A DNA stretch of 64,000 nt, taken from the NCBI RefSeq assembly GCF_054482525.1, contig NZ_CM137006.1. One strand, written 5' to 3'. Numbering within the stretch: the first letter of the stretch is position 1; each line of letters starts with the position of its first letter. Under the pieces are notes generated by a model. The model ran no database searches and was not told the DNA's origin. It saw only the letters and a list, made by a program, of their open reading frames with translations. A program made the translations under genes and the position numbers. Shown piece after piece: positions 34,071 through 45,286 of the stretch.

Positions 34071-34400
34071 GTGTATATGGAACTCGTAAACCTCAAAACC
34101 GGCACTGACAGCTACCAGGATGAGAGCGGAGAAACCAGAACTCGTGATGAATACCCGTGGGGGCTGTGCATCACTCTTAATAACGACACATTGAATAAGC
34201 TGAAGGCGCAACCTAAGGGCGTCGGAACGGAAGTGATGATAACTGCAAAGGCTGTTATTCGAGGCCTGTCTGCCAGAGAAACTGACGATGGCGTTAATCG
34301 CAGCGCCGATCTGCAGATCACTGATATGGCGATCGCTCCTGTTTCCGGGGATGTAGAAAAATCAGCGGCTGAAACTCTGTACGGTAACGGAGGTGAGTGA
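34071..34400 (+). CDS. Virion-associated hypothetical protein
   Basis: 109 aa ORF. Confidence 0.4.
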   Translation: MYMELVNLKTGTDSYQDESGETRTRDEYPWGLCITLNNDTLNKLKAQPKGVGTEVMITAKAVIRGLSARETDDGVNRSADLQITDMAIAPVSGDVEKSAAETLYGNGGE

Positions 34401-35005
34401 TGGCCTCTGTAGTAGAGATCTGTAATCGTGCGCTGTCCAATATTGGCAACAGCCGCAGCATTAACAGCCTGACGGAAGCCAGCAAGGAAGCGGGGGAATG
34501 TTCGCTGCACTTTGAGGCCTGCCGTGATGCTGTGCTTTCTGATTTTGACTGGAACTTTGCTACCAAACGCGTGGCGCTTGCAGATACGAGCAATCCACCG
34601 CCTGACTGGGAATATGCGTACCAGTACCCGTCAGATTGTCTGCGCATTACTGAAATTATGCTTCCTGGTGTACGCAATCCAACAGCAGCAATGCGCGTTC
34701 AGTACGAAGTTGGTGCAGACACCAACGGAACAGGAAAGTTGATCTACACAGACCAGCCTCAGGCATGGCTCAAGTATGTCTCTCGCGTTACAGATGTGAA
34801 CATGTTTGATGCCATTTTTATGGAGGCGTTGGCCTGGCGTCTTGCGGCAGCTATTAACATGGCGCTGACTGGGAATGCAGACCTCGGTACGTTTGCCCTC
34901 AATATGTACAATCGCGTGATTCTTAGTGCTGGCTCGCATAGCCAGAATGAATCACAGGAACCACAGCCACCGGTTGACGAGTTTACCATTGCGAGGTTGT
35001 CCTGA
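34397..35005 (+). CDS. Tail adaptor-like protein (T7 gp11-sized)
   Basis: 202 aa; assigned by size and position before the 823-aa tail protein. Confidence 0.4.
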   Translation: MMASVVEICNRALSNIGNSRSINSLTEASKEAGECSLHFEACRDAVLSDFDWNFATKRVALADTSNPPPDWEYAYQYPSDCLRITEIMLPGVRNPTAAMRVQYEVGADTNGTGKLIYTDQPQAWLKYVSRVTDVNMFDAIFMEALAWRLAAAINMALTGNADLGTFALNMYNRVILSAGSHSQNESQEPQPPVDEFTIARLS

Positions 35006-37476
35006 TGGCTATCAGTTGGATCCAGCCCAGCTTTGCCGGTGGTGAGATTGGACCGTCGTTGTACGGACGTATCGACATGGCGAAGTACCAGGTGGCATTG
35101 CGCAAGTGCGATAACTTTATCGTGCGGCAGTATGGCGGCGTTGAGAATCGACCTGGTACGCGTTTTGTCGGTGCCGCCAAATACCCAAATCGGAAATGCC
35201 GCCTGATCCCGTTCCAGTTCTCGACGGTTCAGACCTATGCTCTGGAGTTCGGACACCAGTACATGCGCGTTATCAAAGATGGTGCGTTGGTGCTGAACAG
35301 CAGCAATGTTATTTATGAAATTGCCACGCCATATACTGAAGCCGATCTGTTCCGAATTAAATTTACGCAAAGCGCCGACGTGCTTACGCTGGTTCACCCG
35401 GCATACCCGCCGAAAGAGTTGCGCCGCTATGCGCATGACAACTGGCAACTGGTTGATGTGGTAACGAAGAACGGGCCATTTGAAGATATCAATATTGACG
35501 AGTCAGTGACGGTTTATGCCAGCGCCAGCACTGGGACAATTACGTTAACGGCAAGCGCCTCTATTTTTGGCGCGGAGCAGGTAGGCAAATTGTTCTATCT
35601 GGAACAGCCTGCAGTGGATTCTGTGCCGGTATGGGAAACCAGTAAGAGTACGTCGATTGGCGATATTCGCCGTGCAGACAGTAACTACTATCGCGCCGTT
35701 ACAGCAGGAAAAACAGGCACTTTGCGCCCTTCGCATACAGAAGGCACATCATGGGATGGCTGGGGCGGATCCGGTGATGATGATACTGGCATTGAGTGGG
35801 AGTATCTGCACAGTGGTTTTGGCATTGCCCGTATAACTGCTGTAAATGGCACTACTGCAACTGCTGAGGTGATTTCCTATATCCCTTCGCAGGTCGTTGG
35901 CGAGGATAATGCCAGCTATAAATGGGCTAAATATGCCTGGAACAGTGTTAATGGTTATCCTGGCACTGTTGTTTATTATCAACAACGTCTTTACTTCGCC
36001 GCATCGACTGCGTTCCCTCAGACTATCTGGGCCAGCCGTACTGGGGATTATAAGGATTTTGGCAAAAGCAATCCTACGCAGGATGACGACAGAATTATCT
36101 ACACCTATGCCGGGCGTCAGGTTAATGAGATCCGCCACCTGATTGATGTTGGTTCGCTGGTGGCGCTGACTTCCGGAGGTGAGTATGTCATCACCGGCGA
36201 CCAGAACAAAGTGTTAACCCCATCATCATTTGCATTCAGCTCTCAGGGATCAAATGGCTCAAGCAACGTCCCGCCAATTGCCGTGGCGAATATTGCTTTG
36301 TTCGTCCAGGAGAAAGGCAGTGTTGTACGTGATCTGGCCTACTCATTCGATGTTGACGGCTATCAGGGGAACGACCTGACCATCCTTGCCAATCATCTTT
36401 TTCAGAAGCACAGCATTGTTGACTGGTGCTTCTCGATTGTCCCTTACTCCAGCGCCTTCTGCATTCGTGATGACGGTAAATTGCTGGTGATGACCTATTT
36501 GCGTGATCAGCAGGTTTTTGCATGGGCACCACAATCCAGTACCGGGAAATATGAAAGCACATGCAGTATCAGCGAAGGCAATGAAGATGCGGTGTATTTC
36601 GTCGTTAACCGAACCGTTAACGGGCAAACAGTGAGATACATAGAGCGACTGTCCAGCCGTTTATTTACCAGCGATGAAGATGCTTTCTTTGTTGATTCTG
36701 GCCTTAGCTATGATGGAAGAAATACGTCTGACAGAACGATGACCATCACTGGTGGTTCTGGTGAATGGGATTACCGCGCGGAATATACAATCAGTATTTC
36801 TGGTGGTGCGTACTTCACCAGTAGTGATGTCGGTGCGCAACTACAATTCCCTTATACCGGAACTGATCCTGATACTGGCGATGAAGTGTCAAAAGAATTA
36901 CGTTGCGACATTATTTCTGTAACCAGCAATACCGCTGTAGTGGTTCGTCCTAACAGGAACGTCCCATCATCCCTCAGGAATGTGGCCACCACGAACTGGC
37001 AGATGGCGCGCCGGACATTTGGAGGCCTGTCTCATCTTGAAGGCCAGATCGTAAACATTCTCTCTGATGCGAACGTGGAACCACAGAAAGTTGTTTCCGG
37101 AGGTGCCGTCACGCTGGAATCTCCGGGGGCTGTAGTGCACATCGGCCTGCCAATAACTGCTGAATTCGAAACACTGGATATCAACATTAGCGGACAGGAA
37201 ACGCTGCTGGACAAAAAACAGGTGATCCCGTCCGTTACTCTGGTTGTGAATGCCAGTCGCGGCATCTGGGCGACTACGCCCGGCGGTAAATGGTACGAAT
37301 ATCCACAGCGTGAATTCGAGTTCTACGATGATCCTGTTGATGATGCTACCGGAAAAGTAGAAGTGAAACTGGACAGTAACTGGGGCAAAAACGGGCGTGT
37401 AAAAATCCGTCAGCTTGACCCGTTGCCGCTGTCTGTTCTTGCCGTTATTCCTCGCCTTACTGTTGGGGGAGTCTGA
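35005..37476 (+). CDS. Large tail protein (nozzle/tubular-B-like)
   Basis: 823 aa; assigned by size and position. Confidence 0.45.
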   Translation: MAISWIQPSFAGGEIGPSLYGRIDMAKYQVALRKCDNFIVRQYGGVENRPGTRFVGAAKYPNRKCRLIPFQFSTVQTYALEFGHQYMRVIKDGALVLNSSNVIYEIATPYTEADLFRIKFTQSADVLTLVHPAYPPKELRRYAHDNWQLVDVVTKNGPFEDINIDESVTVYASASTGTITLTASASIFGAEQVGKLFYLEQPAVDSVPVWETSKSTSIGDIRRADSNYYRAVTAGKTGTLRPSHTEGTSWDGWGGSGDDDTGIEWEYLHSGFGIARITAVNGTTATAEVISYIPSQVVGEDNASYKWAKYAWNSVNGYPGTVVYYQQRLYFAASTAFPQTIWASRTGDYKDFGKSNPTQDDDRIIYTYAGRQVNEIRHLIDVGSLVALTSGGEYVITGDQNKVLTPSSFAFSSQGSNGSSNVPPIAVANIALFVQEKGSVVRDLAYSFDVDGYQGNDLTILANHLFQKHSIVDWCFSIVPYSSAFCIRDDGKLLVMTYLRDQQVFAWAPQSSTGKYESTCSISEGNEDAVYFVVNRTVNGQTVRYIERLSSRLFTSDEDAFFVDSGLSYDGRNTSDRTMTITGGSGEWDYRAEYTISISGGAYFTSSDVGAQLQFPYTGTDPDTGDEVSKELRCDIISVTSNTAVVVRPNRNVPSSLRNVATTNWQMARRTFGGLSHLEGQIVNILSDANVEPQKVVSGGAVTLESPGAVVHIGLPITAEFETLDINISGQETLLDKKQVIPSVTLVVNASRGIWATTPGGKWYEYPQREFEFYDDPVDDATGKVEVKLDSNWGKNGRVKIRQLDPLPLSVLAVIPRLTVGGV

Positions 37477-37940
37477 TGATCGATGTTCAAATTATTCCCG
37501 CTACCGAAGAGCATCTTCAGATGATTTTGCCGGATGTTCGTCAGGCTGATATTGACGAACTGTATGCGGTATCGCTGATGACTACCGAAGATGCGCTGCG
37601 CGTTGGTCTTCGCACTGCGACTATGGCCTGGTCAGGGTTCGCGAACGGAGAACTGGTAACCATGTTTGGTGTATCTCCGGCGTCAATGATCGGTGGCAAT
37701 GGTACGCCCTGGCTGGTAGGAACCAGCCGTATTGAAAAATATCAGAAGACATTTCTGCGCCACTGCCGCCCTGTATTGCAGCAGATGCTGGCAGTTTATC
37801 CGCGCCTGGAAAACTACGTCGACGAGCGAAACCATGTTGCCAAAGCATGGCTGCACTGGCTTGGATTCAGGCTTGAAGAAGCCGCGCCTTATGGTGCTCT
37901 TGGTCTTAATTTCCACAGATTTCACATGGAGAGAAAATAA
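37476..37940 (+). CDS. Internal virion protein (gp13-like position)
   Basis: 154 aa ORF. Confidence 0.35.
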   Translation: MIDVQIIPATEEHLQMILPDVRQADIDELYAVSLMTTEDALRVGLRTATMAWSGFANGELVTMFGVSPASMIGGNGTPWLVGTSRIEKYQKTFLRHCRPVLQQMLAVYPRLENYVDERNHVAKAWLHWLGFRLEEAAPYGALGLNFHRFHMERK

Positions 37941-38485
37941 TGTGCGATCCGGTTATTGCTGGTGGCGCAATGCTCGCCATGAGTGGCATTCAGGCATACA
38001 CCCAGTACCAACAGGGAAAGTATGCCTCGAAGGTTGCAGAAGCGAACGCAGATATAGCCACAGCTCAGGCAAATGATGCAATAAACAGAGGTAACGCTGA
38101 AGCTGAGCAACGACGCAGAGAGACCCGACAGCGGCTTGGTACACAGGCGGCGACAATGGGGGCTACCGGCGCTGATTTATCTACAGGTAACGCGCTGGAT
38201 ATATTTGGCGACACTGCCCAGTTTGGCGCTCTTGATTCGCTGACGACGGTGAATAACGCGCAACGCGAGGCTTACGGTTATCAGGTTCAGGCTGCCAACT
38301 ATAAAGCAGAAGCCAGTTCAGCCCGTAAACAGGGGAATGTGGGAGCAGCAACAACATTGCTCACTGCGCCTCTGAAGGCATACGGTGCCTACCAGATGTT
38401 TGGTGGGACGTGGAGTCCGTTTACTCAAAGTACTCCTGCACCAATCGGGGCAGCAGCAGGAACCAGATTACCCGGAGGATTATAA
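37940..38485 (+). CDS. Internal virion protein (gp14-like position)
   Basis: 181 aa ORF; Ala/Gln-rich. Confidence 0.4.
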   Translation: MCDPVIAGGAMLAMSGIQAYTQYQQGKYASKVAEANADIATAQANDAINRGNAEAEQRRRETRQRLGTQAATMGATGADLSTGNALDIFGDTAQFGALDSLTTVNNAQREAYGYQVQAANYKAEASSARKQGNVGAATTLLTAPLKAYGAYQMFGGTWSPFTQSTPAPIGAAAGTRLPGGL

Positions 38486-40998
38486 TGCCAGTCGTACCAA
38501 CAGTATCCGGACGTCAGGTTGAGAGCCGTGGAGTTCAGTCAGCAGGCTTGCAGACGTTTTCTCAGCCAGGTATTGGTGATGCTTTTGTTCGGGCAGGGGC
38601 AGAGGCTATTGATGTTTTTGGTCAGGCAAAACAGCGTGCCAATATCGCTCTGGCTCAGGAGGCATCTCTTAACCTCAGTCAGATAAGCAGTGATCTGCTG
38701 AATAATCCTGAAACAGGATTGCTTAACCTGAAAGGGAAAAATGCTATTGGAAAAGGCCATGAGTATACGCAGCAGTTTGATGCTCAGGTCGAACAACTGG
38801 CTATGTCGCTGCCGGATGAACAGGCTCGTAATGCTTTCATGCAGCAGGCGCAGCAGCAGCGCATTCAGTTCACTACGCAGGCAGGGCGGCACGAGATAGG
38901 GCAAATAAATGCCTACGAAGAAGGCCAGTTTCAGGCTACGCTGCTGAACAATGGTAAAAATGCCGCAGCATTGTATGGCGACAACGCCGCATACGTATTG
39001 GCTAATAAGCAAACTTTCCAGCAAATTGAGGATTACGGCATTGCACATGGCTGGAGTGACGAGCAAATCCAGGCCAAGAAAATCGAGTTTAAAGAAGCAA
39101 CAGCAAAAGCAACTGCTCAAAATGCTATTGGAGCAAACTATCTTCAGGTAAGACAGCAAAACGGCGAGTTAAGCGATACTGCTGCTGGATCTCGCCGTGC
39201 TGTAGCAGATAGTGGCTCTTTCGATCGTACCCGCGGTATACGCAACAATAACCCCGGCAATCTTGAATACAGCAAAACTAATCCGTGGGTTGGGCAGACA
39301 GGTGATGATGGTCGCTTTGCTAAATTCGAAACACCTGAACACGGTATTCGTGCATTAGGGCGGAACCTGATGTCGTATCAGCGGCAGGGTATTGATACCG
39401 TCAGCGAGATAATTAATCGCTGGGCACCGCCCACTGATAAAAATGACACAATGTCGTATATCAAAGCAGTGTGCGAACAACTTGGCGTTTCTGCTGATGA
39501 GTCTCTCGATGCATCTAATCCGGATACCCTGAAGGCGCTTTGTGCAGCCATTATCCATCATGAAAACGGTAGCCAGCCATACAGTGATCAGCAGTTAACT
39601 GATGGTGTTAGTGCTGCGCTGGGGCTTTCTCAGCTACCGACAAAAAATAAACGTTATACCGGTGTAGCTTGGTTCGATGCTTTAAGTGAATCAGATCAGG
39701 CCAGCGTGTTGCGACAGACTGATGCACTAGCCAGACAACAGCAGGCTGAATATAAAACGATGCTCGACAGCCGGGTTCGCGATGCGACGGCTGCGTATAT
39801 GCGTGGCGTTGAATTTCCTAACCCACCTGGTGAGGATGATTTTATTGCAGCTTATGGAGTCAGAGAAGGAAACCTGCGATATACCGAGTTTAAGAATACG
39901 CAGATCGCCGGACAGTATATAGGCTCTTTCCGCAACATGCCGACAAGCAGCATTACAGCATATGTTGAGCAATTACGCCCGGATACTGGTGATACAGGGG
40001 AGGGGTATGCGGCACGCGCAGCTCTTTATGACAACGTTGTTTCGGCTGCAAATCAGGTGATAAAGCAGCGGCAGTCGGATCCTGTGCAGTTCTCTCTTGC
40101 CTCCGGACAGGCAAAGCCTATCGACATGAGCAATAAGGATAACTTTGGACAGAGCGTTGCCTTGCGTGCCGCTCAGGTCAGTGACCTTGCTAAGTCATAT
40201 GGCACTCCACTGACGTTCTTTTCCAAAGACGAGGCCAATCAGATCGGTGTTTTCTTTCGTGATGCTCCAGTTTCCCAACAGGCAGCATATCTCGATACCA
40301 TCAGGCAGAGCACTGGTGGTGGGCAGGTGTATATGTCAGCACTACAGCAGATCAGTGCCAACGCTCCATCTGCTGCCGTTGCCGGGATACTGATGGATAA
40401 GCCTGGTGGTATTTTGGCAGAAAAAAACTGGTTTAATCCGGATGTTTCCGTGTCTCCTGAAACCGCTGCGCAGACAATTCTTGCTGGCGCGGCGGCTCGT
40501 AAAGGTACTGATGATGCGAAAGGTATTCCGATGCCTAAAGATGCTGATCTTCGCCTTGAGTTTTCTGACATGGTGAAGGATGCATTTGCTGGTGACGCTC
40601 AGGGGGCATCAATGGCATACGAGATCGCAAAGGATTATTACGCTGGTGTGATGGCGAAAAAAGGCGTGGTATCAGGCGAAATTGACAATGATGTCTGGAA
40701 ACAGGCTGTTAACGTAGCTACAGGTGGCGTGCATGACTATAACGGAATGGGGAATGTCCTTTTGCCGTGGGGAATGTCTGCAGAGCAATTCGATAAGCAG
40801 GTTAATCAGGCTTGGAATGAACAAGTTGTCGGCTCTGGGATAAAAACACCGCCTGGTCAGTATGGTTTGCAAAGTTACGGCGATAGTCAGTACCTGGTGA
40901 AACTTGGTACTGGTTATCTGCTGAAAGATGATGGTTCTCCCGTTGTTCTTAATCTGACACAGAAGCGTCAGAGATTCTCCGGAGATATTCCGCAATGA
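38485..40998 (+). CDS. Internal virion / ejection protein
   Basis: 838 aa from ATG with GGAGG RBS (inside ORF 38410-40998). Confidence 0.5.
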   Translation: MPVVPTVSGRQVESRGVQSAGLQTFSQPGIGDAFVRAGAEAIDVFGQAKQRANIALAQEASLNLSQISSDLLNNPETGLLNLKGKNAIGKGHEYTQQFDAQVEQLAMSLPDEQARNAFMQQAQQQRIQFTTQAGRHEIGQINAYEEGQFQATLLNNGKNAAALYGDNAAYVLANKQTFQQIEDYGIAHGWSDEQIQAKKIEFKEATAKATAQNAIGANYLQVRQQNGELSDTAAGSRRAVADSGSFDRTRGIRNNNPGNLEYSKTNPWVGQTGDDGRFAKFETPEHGIRALGRNLMSYQRQGIDTVSEIINRWAPPTDKNDTMSYIKAVCEQLGVSADESLDASNPDTLKALCAAIIHHENGSQPYSDQQLTDGVSAALGLSQLPTKNKRYTGVAWFDALSESDQASVLRQTDALARQQQAEYKTMLDSRVRDATAAYMRGVEFPNPPGEDDFIAAYGVREGNLRYTEFKNTQIAGQYIGSFRNMPTSSITAYVEQLRPDTGDTGEGYAARAALYDNVVSAANQVIKQRQSDPVQFSLASGQAKPIDMSNKDNFGQSVALRAAQVSDLAKSYGTPLTFFSKDEANQIGVFFRDAPVSQQAAYLDTIRQSTGGGQVYMSALQQISANAPSAAVAGILMDKPGGILAEKNWFNPDVSVSPETAAQTILAGAAARKGTDDAKGIPMPKDADLRLEFSDMVKDAFAGDAQGASMAYEIAKDYYAGVMAKKGVVSGEIDNDVWKQAVNVATGGVHDYNGMGNVLLPWGMSAEQFDKQVNQAWNEQVVGSGIKTPPGQYGLQSYGDSQYLVKLGTGYLLKDDGSPVVLNLTQKRQRFSGDIPQ

Positions 40999-42797
40999 GT
41001 TACTTTGGCCTTAATCCAGTAAACCAGAATCAGCAGCTTGACGAAGCAGCATCAAATCCAGCTGGCTTTAACAGCGATGTTGGTTTTTTCGACAATGCTG
41101 TAGGAGCGGCATTGTCTGGTTTGTACTCCGGGCTGGTGGCAAAGCCAGATCAGTTGCTATGGGCAGGGATGGATAAAATCGTATCCCCGATTGCTCAGTT
41201 TGTTAACGAAAACACCTCGCTCAATGATACTTCAGTTTCATACATTGCCGAGCAGAGAAAACTAGCAGAGCAGCAGGTTAAGCGGCTGACGCCTGATGCC
41301 GCGACAACCGGAACCGCTGGGCAGGTTCTTTATGGGTTGTTCGATATGGGCGGGCAGGCTGTTGTCGGTACAACGCTCGGTGGTCCTGTCGGAGGTGCAG
41401 CGGCGGTAACTTCGCTACAGGGTTTTTCTGAGTTTGAACGGCTGACAGCACAGGGTGTTGATTTCAGGACGGCGCAGGAAGCGGGATTAGTGCAGGGCAT
41501 TACTGCTGGTGCCGGAACGCTGATCCCTATGAGCCTCGGGTTACGTGCTGGTGGTGCGCTGGCGGAAGGTGTGGCGGCTCAGCTTGCGCGGACGGGTGAG
41601 AGTTCAGTGCGACGCGCCGCAGCAACAGCAGTACGTGCAACGCCAGATATTGCCTATGCCGCAGGTACAAATATTGCGTTCGGTATGGCACAGCGTGGGC
41701 TTACTGCAAAAACACTTCGTGATGGTGGCTATAGCGAAATGGCTAACCAGTATGATGTGTTGGATCGACAGGCAATTGCTATTGATGCTGTTCTTGGGGT
41801 GGCGTTTGGTGGTGTCGGCAGATTTATTAACTCTCGCGGCGAGTCTACAAACGCACCAAATTTTTCACCAGTTGATATCGATGCTGCACTGGCGGCGAAT
41901 GCCGCTCATCATGCTGAAATTGATATTGCGCCCGGCGTGCCGATCAACGTGCTTTCGCGCAATTCTCACATTCAGGCTCTGCGAAAAGCTATGTCTGATG
42001 TTAGCCAGGGGAGACCTGTAGACGTTGCCAGCATTGTTGAGTCTGCATCTTTCAGTGAAATTCCTGGGCGCAAGAGTCTGCTGTCTCAGGCAGTTAATGA
42101 GGCTCTGTCATCTGTAGATGATGGAGTAACGGCGCGCGCTATAGAAAATCGGTTGCTTGAAGAACAGGCCGCGCAGCTTTTGCCGCGTGGAGATAGACAG
42201 GTTTACCAGTCTGAAATCGCTAATAGCCAACGAATTATTGAAAATCTCACTGAACAGCGTGCACAAATTCTTGCAGAAGAGCCAACCGGTAGCGGTAAAG
42301 CTTTGTCTCGTGCTCGATCAGATAAACAGGCCAGACTTCGCGATATTGATCAACGAATCCGGCAGGCACAAGAACGCCTGGAATTTTCCCGTAACGCGTT
42401 GGCACCGCACGAGCCTGGCGGTCAGTTTTTTGAAGCTCGAGCAGAACTGGCTCGGAGACAGCAGGCAGAAAGTGAACTTAATGCTCAGGCTGTTTCATTC
42501 TATAAAACAGCAGAGGTCAGGACGCCAGACGAAGTAGCTCCTTTTGAGCCTGATAAAATATTGCAACAGGCAGAACAAAAAATGATGTCAGATCAGGCAG
42601 GAGATATTGATCTGCGCATAGCTGAAGACTCGCTGCTTGAATCACCTGACATGATAATCACCGTGCTGGATGATGATGGTAATCCACAATCGCGCAGTGC
42701 GCGTGAAGTACTGGATGAAGCGAACAGGGAAAGTGAGCAGGCAATACAGGATTCCAGCCTGTTTGATGTTGCTGTGGCGTGTTTCTTGAGAGGTTAA
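40995..42797 (+). CDS. Internal virion / ejection protein
   Basis: 600 aa; Ala-rich N-terminal half, coiled-coil-like C-terminal half. Confidence 0.5.
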   Translation: MSYFGLNPVNQNQQLDEAASNPAGFNSDVGFFDNAVGAALSGLYSGLVAKPDQLLWAGMDKIVSPIAQFVNENTSLNDTSVSYIAEQRKLAEQQVKRLTPDAATTGTAGQVLYGLFDMGGQAVVGTTLGGPVGGAAAVTSLQGFSEFERLTAQGVDFRTAQEAGLVQGITAGAGTLIPMSLGLRAGGALAEGVAAQLARTGESSVRRAAATAVRATPDIAYAAGTNIAFGMAQRGLTAKTLRDGGYSEMANQYDVLDRQAIAIDAVLGVAFGGVGRFINSRGESTNAPNFSPVDIDAALAANAAHHAEIDIAPGVPINVLSRNSHIQALRKAMSDVSQGRPVDVASIVESASFSEIPGRKSLLSQAVNEALSSVDDGVTARAIENRLLEEQAAQLLPRGDRQVYQSEIANSQRIIENLTEQRAQILAEEPTGSGKALSRARSDKQARLRDIDQRIRQAQERLEFSRNALAPHEPGGQFFEARAELARRQQAESELNAQAVSFYKTAEVRTPDEVAPFEPDKILQQAEQKMMSDQAGDIDLRIAEDSLLESPDMIITVLDDDGNPQSRSAREVLDEANRESEQAIQDSSLFDVAVACFLRG

Positions 42798-42802
42798 ATT
42801 AA

Positions 42803-45277
42803 ATGAGACAGGAATGTATACAAGCGGTCCAGCAGGCGGCGCAGCGCACGTTAACGGCGCGAGAAATACAGAACATTGAAGACCGCATTTATCGAAATAT
42901 GCGCTCCATTGCTCGTGATGACCCGATGTCGTGGCGACAACTTTCCGAATCAGAACGGTTGTATCGTGCAGCACAATTGGCATCTGAAGAATTACAGCGA
43001 GAAGCGGCATTAAAGAAACGTCGTGTGGCCCTCACTATAGCCGCACGTCAGAGATTGGATAAATTTATCAATAGCTATCAAGGGGCTGATGGGAAACTTG
43101 GCGCTCTTAACCGTACTATTGCTTTTAATGCAGACGGTAAATCGAATTTCCTCTCTGTTGAATCCAGAACAAAAGCCACCCGTGATTATGCATTGAGTCA
43201 ATTGCAGGAGGCATTCGAAGCAGTTGATCCTCGCTTTTTTGGTCTGTTTGAAGATGAAGCGGGCGTACGTGACCTGATATATGAAATGCGGGGGCAAAAT
43301 ACTGGCAATGCTAAAGCAAGAAAAGGTGCTAAGGCGTGGAGAGAAGTTACAGAGCTGCTGCGCCGCCGGTTTAATGATGCTGGTGGGGACATTGGCTATC
43401 TCGAAAACTGGGGGATCCCTCAACATCATTCTATGGAAAAGGTTGGGGCGGTATCAAAAGATAAATGGGTTAGCGATGTTATAGGTAAGCTGGATCGCAA
43501 ATATTATACCCGAGCCGATGGACAACTGATGAACGATGCCGAGTTGTCTGCATTTCTTGGAGAGGCTTATAACACGATCGCTACTGGTGGGCTGAATAAG
43601 CTTACTGATACCGGAATGCGAATTTCCGGCGCACGTGCTAACCGTGGTAATGCATCACGACAGATACATTTCAAAGATGCAGATTCCTATCTGCAATATC
43701 AGCAACTTTATGGCGATCGCTCTCTATGGGAAATCATGGTCGGTCACCTGGAAGGTATCAGTAAAGATATTGCACTGGTGGAAACATATGGTCCAAACCC
43801 CGATCATGTTTTCCGCTCTCTTCTTGATCAGGTGAAGGCAGAAACGGCAACAGCTAACCCGAGTAAAACCGGTAAAGTCGAGCGGCTGGCGAACAACACA
43901 GAGAATCTGTACAACTTTATTTCCGGAAAGACACAGCCTGTAGCGAATCCGCACATCGCGCGATGGTCTGACAATATCCGCAACTGGCTGGTTGCCAGCA
44001 GACTCGGATCCGCGTTGCTGTCATCGTTCTCTGATCTTGGAACCATGTATCTGTCTGCGAAGGTTACCAACCTTCCAATGAACCAGTTATTCCGCAACCA
44101 GCTTGAAGCTATGGACCCAACGAACCGTACAGAACTTGCGCGGGCGCGCCGCGCTGGTCTGGCGATGGAATCTCTACTTGGCAGCGTTAACCGCTGGGCG
44201 ATGGATAATATGGGGCCGTCTGTGTCTCGTTGGGCTGCAACGGCGGTAATGCGTGCCAGTGGGCTTACAGCATGGTCAGATGCGCACAAGCGCGCCTATG
44301 GCGTAACCATGATGGGAAGCCTGGGAGAAGTAGTGTCACGGACACCAGACCTTCGTCGCCTCGATGACTCTGATTTTCGTATCCTGAAAAGCAAAGGGAT
44401 TACTGACACAGACTGGAGCGTATGGAAGTTGGCGCAACAGGAGGACTGGGGGAACGGTAATAATACGATGCTGACACCGGAAAGCATTATGCGTATCCCT
44501 GATTCAGCAGTTAAACATCTTGGTGAGCCTGAACGCGTGAAATTTGAGGCAATGCGTAAACTGCTCGGTGCCGTAACTGAAGAAGTTGATATGGCTGTTA
44601 TTACACCGGGAGCACGTGAGCAACTGATAACCGGTTCTGGTATTCAGCGTGGAACATGGAAAGGTGAATTAACGAGAAGTGTTTTCCTGTTTAAATCGTT
44701 CCCTATCTCGGTTGTTATGCGTCACTGGTCACGCGCTATGGGTATGCCGTCTGCTGGTGGGCGTGCGGCATATATTGCGACGTTTATTGCCAGTACGACC
44801 ATTCTTGGCGCTTTGTCGCAACAACTTAACGACCTTGCGTCTGGTCGTAATCCTCGAGAGATGACAGGAGAAGATGCTGCTAAATTTTGGCTTGGTGCTC
44901 TACTGAAAGGTGGTGGTCTTGGCCTTTACGGTGACTTTTTATTGTCAGATCACACTAGGTACGGGAGCGGCGCGCTGGCGTCGATGCTTGGCCCGGTAGC
45001 TGGTCTGGTTGATGACGTAGTGAAGATAGCTCAGGGCATACCGCTAAATGCTGTGGAAGGGAAGAGTGAGCAGACTGGTGGTGATCTGGTGAAGCTGGGG
45101 AAAGGTTTGATGCCAGGTGCGAATCTCTGGTACTTGAAGGCGGCTCTCGATCACATGATCTTTAATCAGATGCAGGAGTATTTTTCACCAGGCTATTTGC
45201 GTAAAATGGAGCAACGTTCGAAGAAAGAGTTTAACCAGACATACTGGTGGCGACCTCAGGATGTCACTCCGCAATAA
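42803..45277 (+). CDS. Internal virion / ejection protein
   Basis: 824 aa ORF. Confidence 0.5.
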   Translation: MRQECIQAVQQAAQRTLTAREIQNIEDRIYRNMRSIARDDPMSWRQLSESERLYRAAQLASEELQREAALKKRRVALTIAARQRLDKFINSYQGADGKLGALNRTIAFNADGKSNFLSVESRTKATRDYALSQLQEAFEAVDPRFFGLFEDEAGVRDLIYEMRGQNTGNAKARKGAKAWREVTELLRRRFNDAGGDIGYLENWGIPQHHSMEKVGAVSKDKWVSDVIGKLDRKYYTRADGQLMNDAELSAFLGEAYNTIATGGLNKLTDTGMRISGARANRGNASRQIHFKDADSYLQYQQLYGDRSLWEIMVGHLEGISKDIALVETYGPNPDHVFRSLLDQVKAETATANPSKTGKVERLANNTENLYNFISGKTQPVANPHIARWSDNIRNWLVASRLGSALLSSFSDLGTMYLSAKVTNLPMNQLFRNQLEAMDPTNRTELARARRAGLAMESLLGSVNRWAMDNMGPSVSRWAATAVMRASGLTAWSDAHKRAYGVTMMGSLGEVVSRTPDLRRLDDSDFRILKSKGITDTDWSVWKLAQQEDWGNGNNTMLTPESIMRIPDSAVKHLGEPERVKFEAMRKLLGAVTEEVDMAVITPGAREQLITGSGIQRGTWKGELTRSVFLFKSFPISVVMRHWSRAMGMPSAGGRAAYIATFIASTTILGALSQQLNDLASGRNPREMTGEDAAKFWLGALLKGGGLGLYGDFLLSDHTRYGSGALASMLGPVAGLVDDVVKIAQGIPLNAVEGKSEQTGGDLVKLGKGLMPGANLWYLKAALDHMIFNQMQEYFSPGYLRKMEQRSKKEFNQTYWWRPQDVTPQ

Positions 45278-45286
45278 GGAAGTGTT

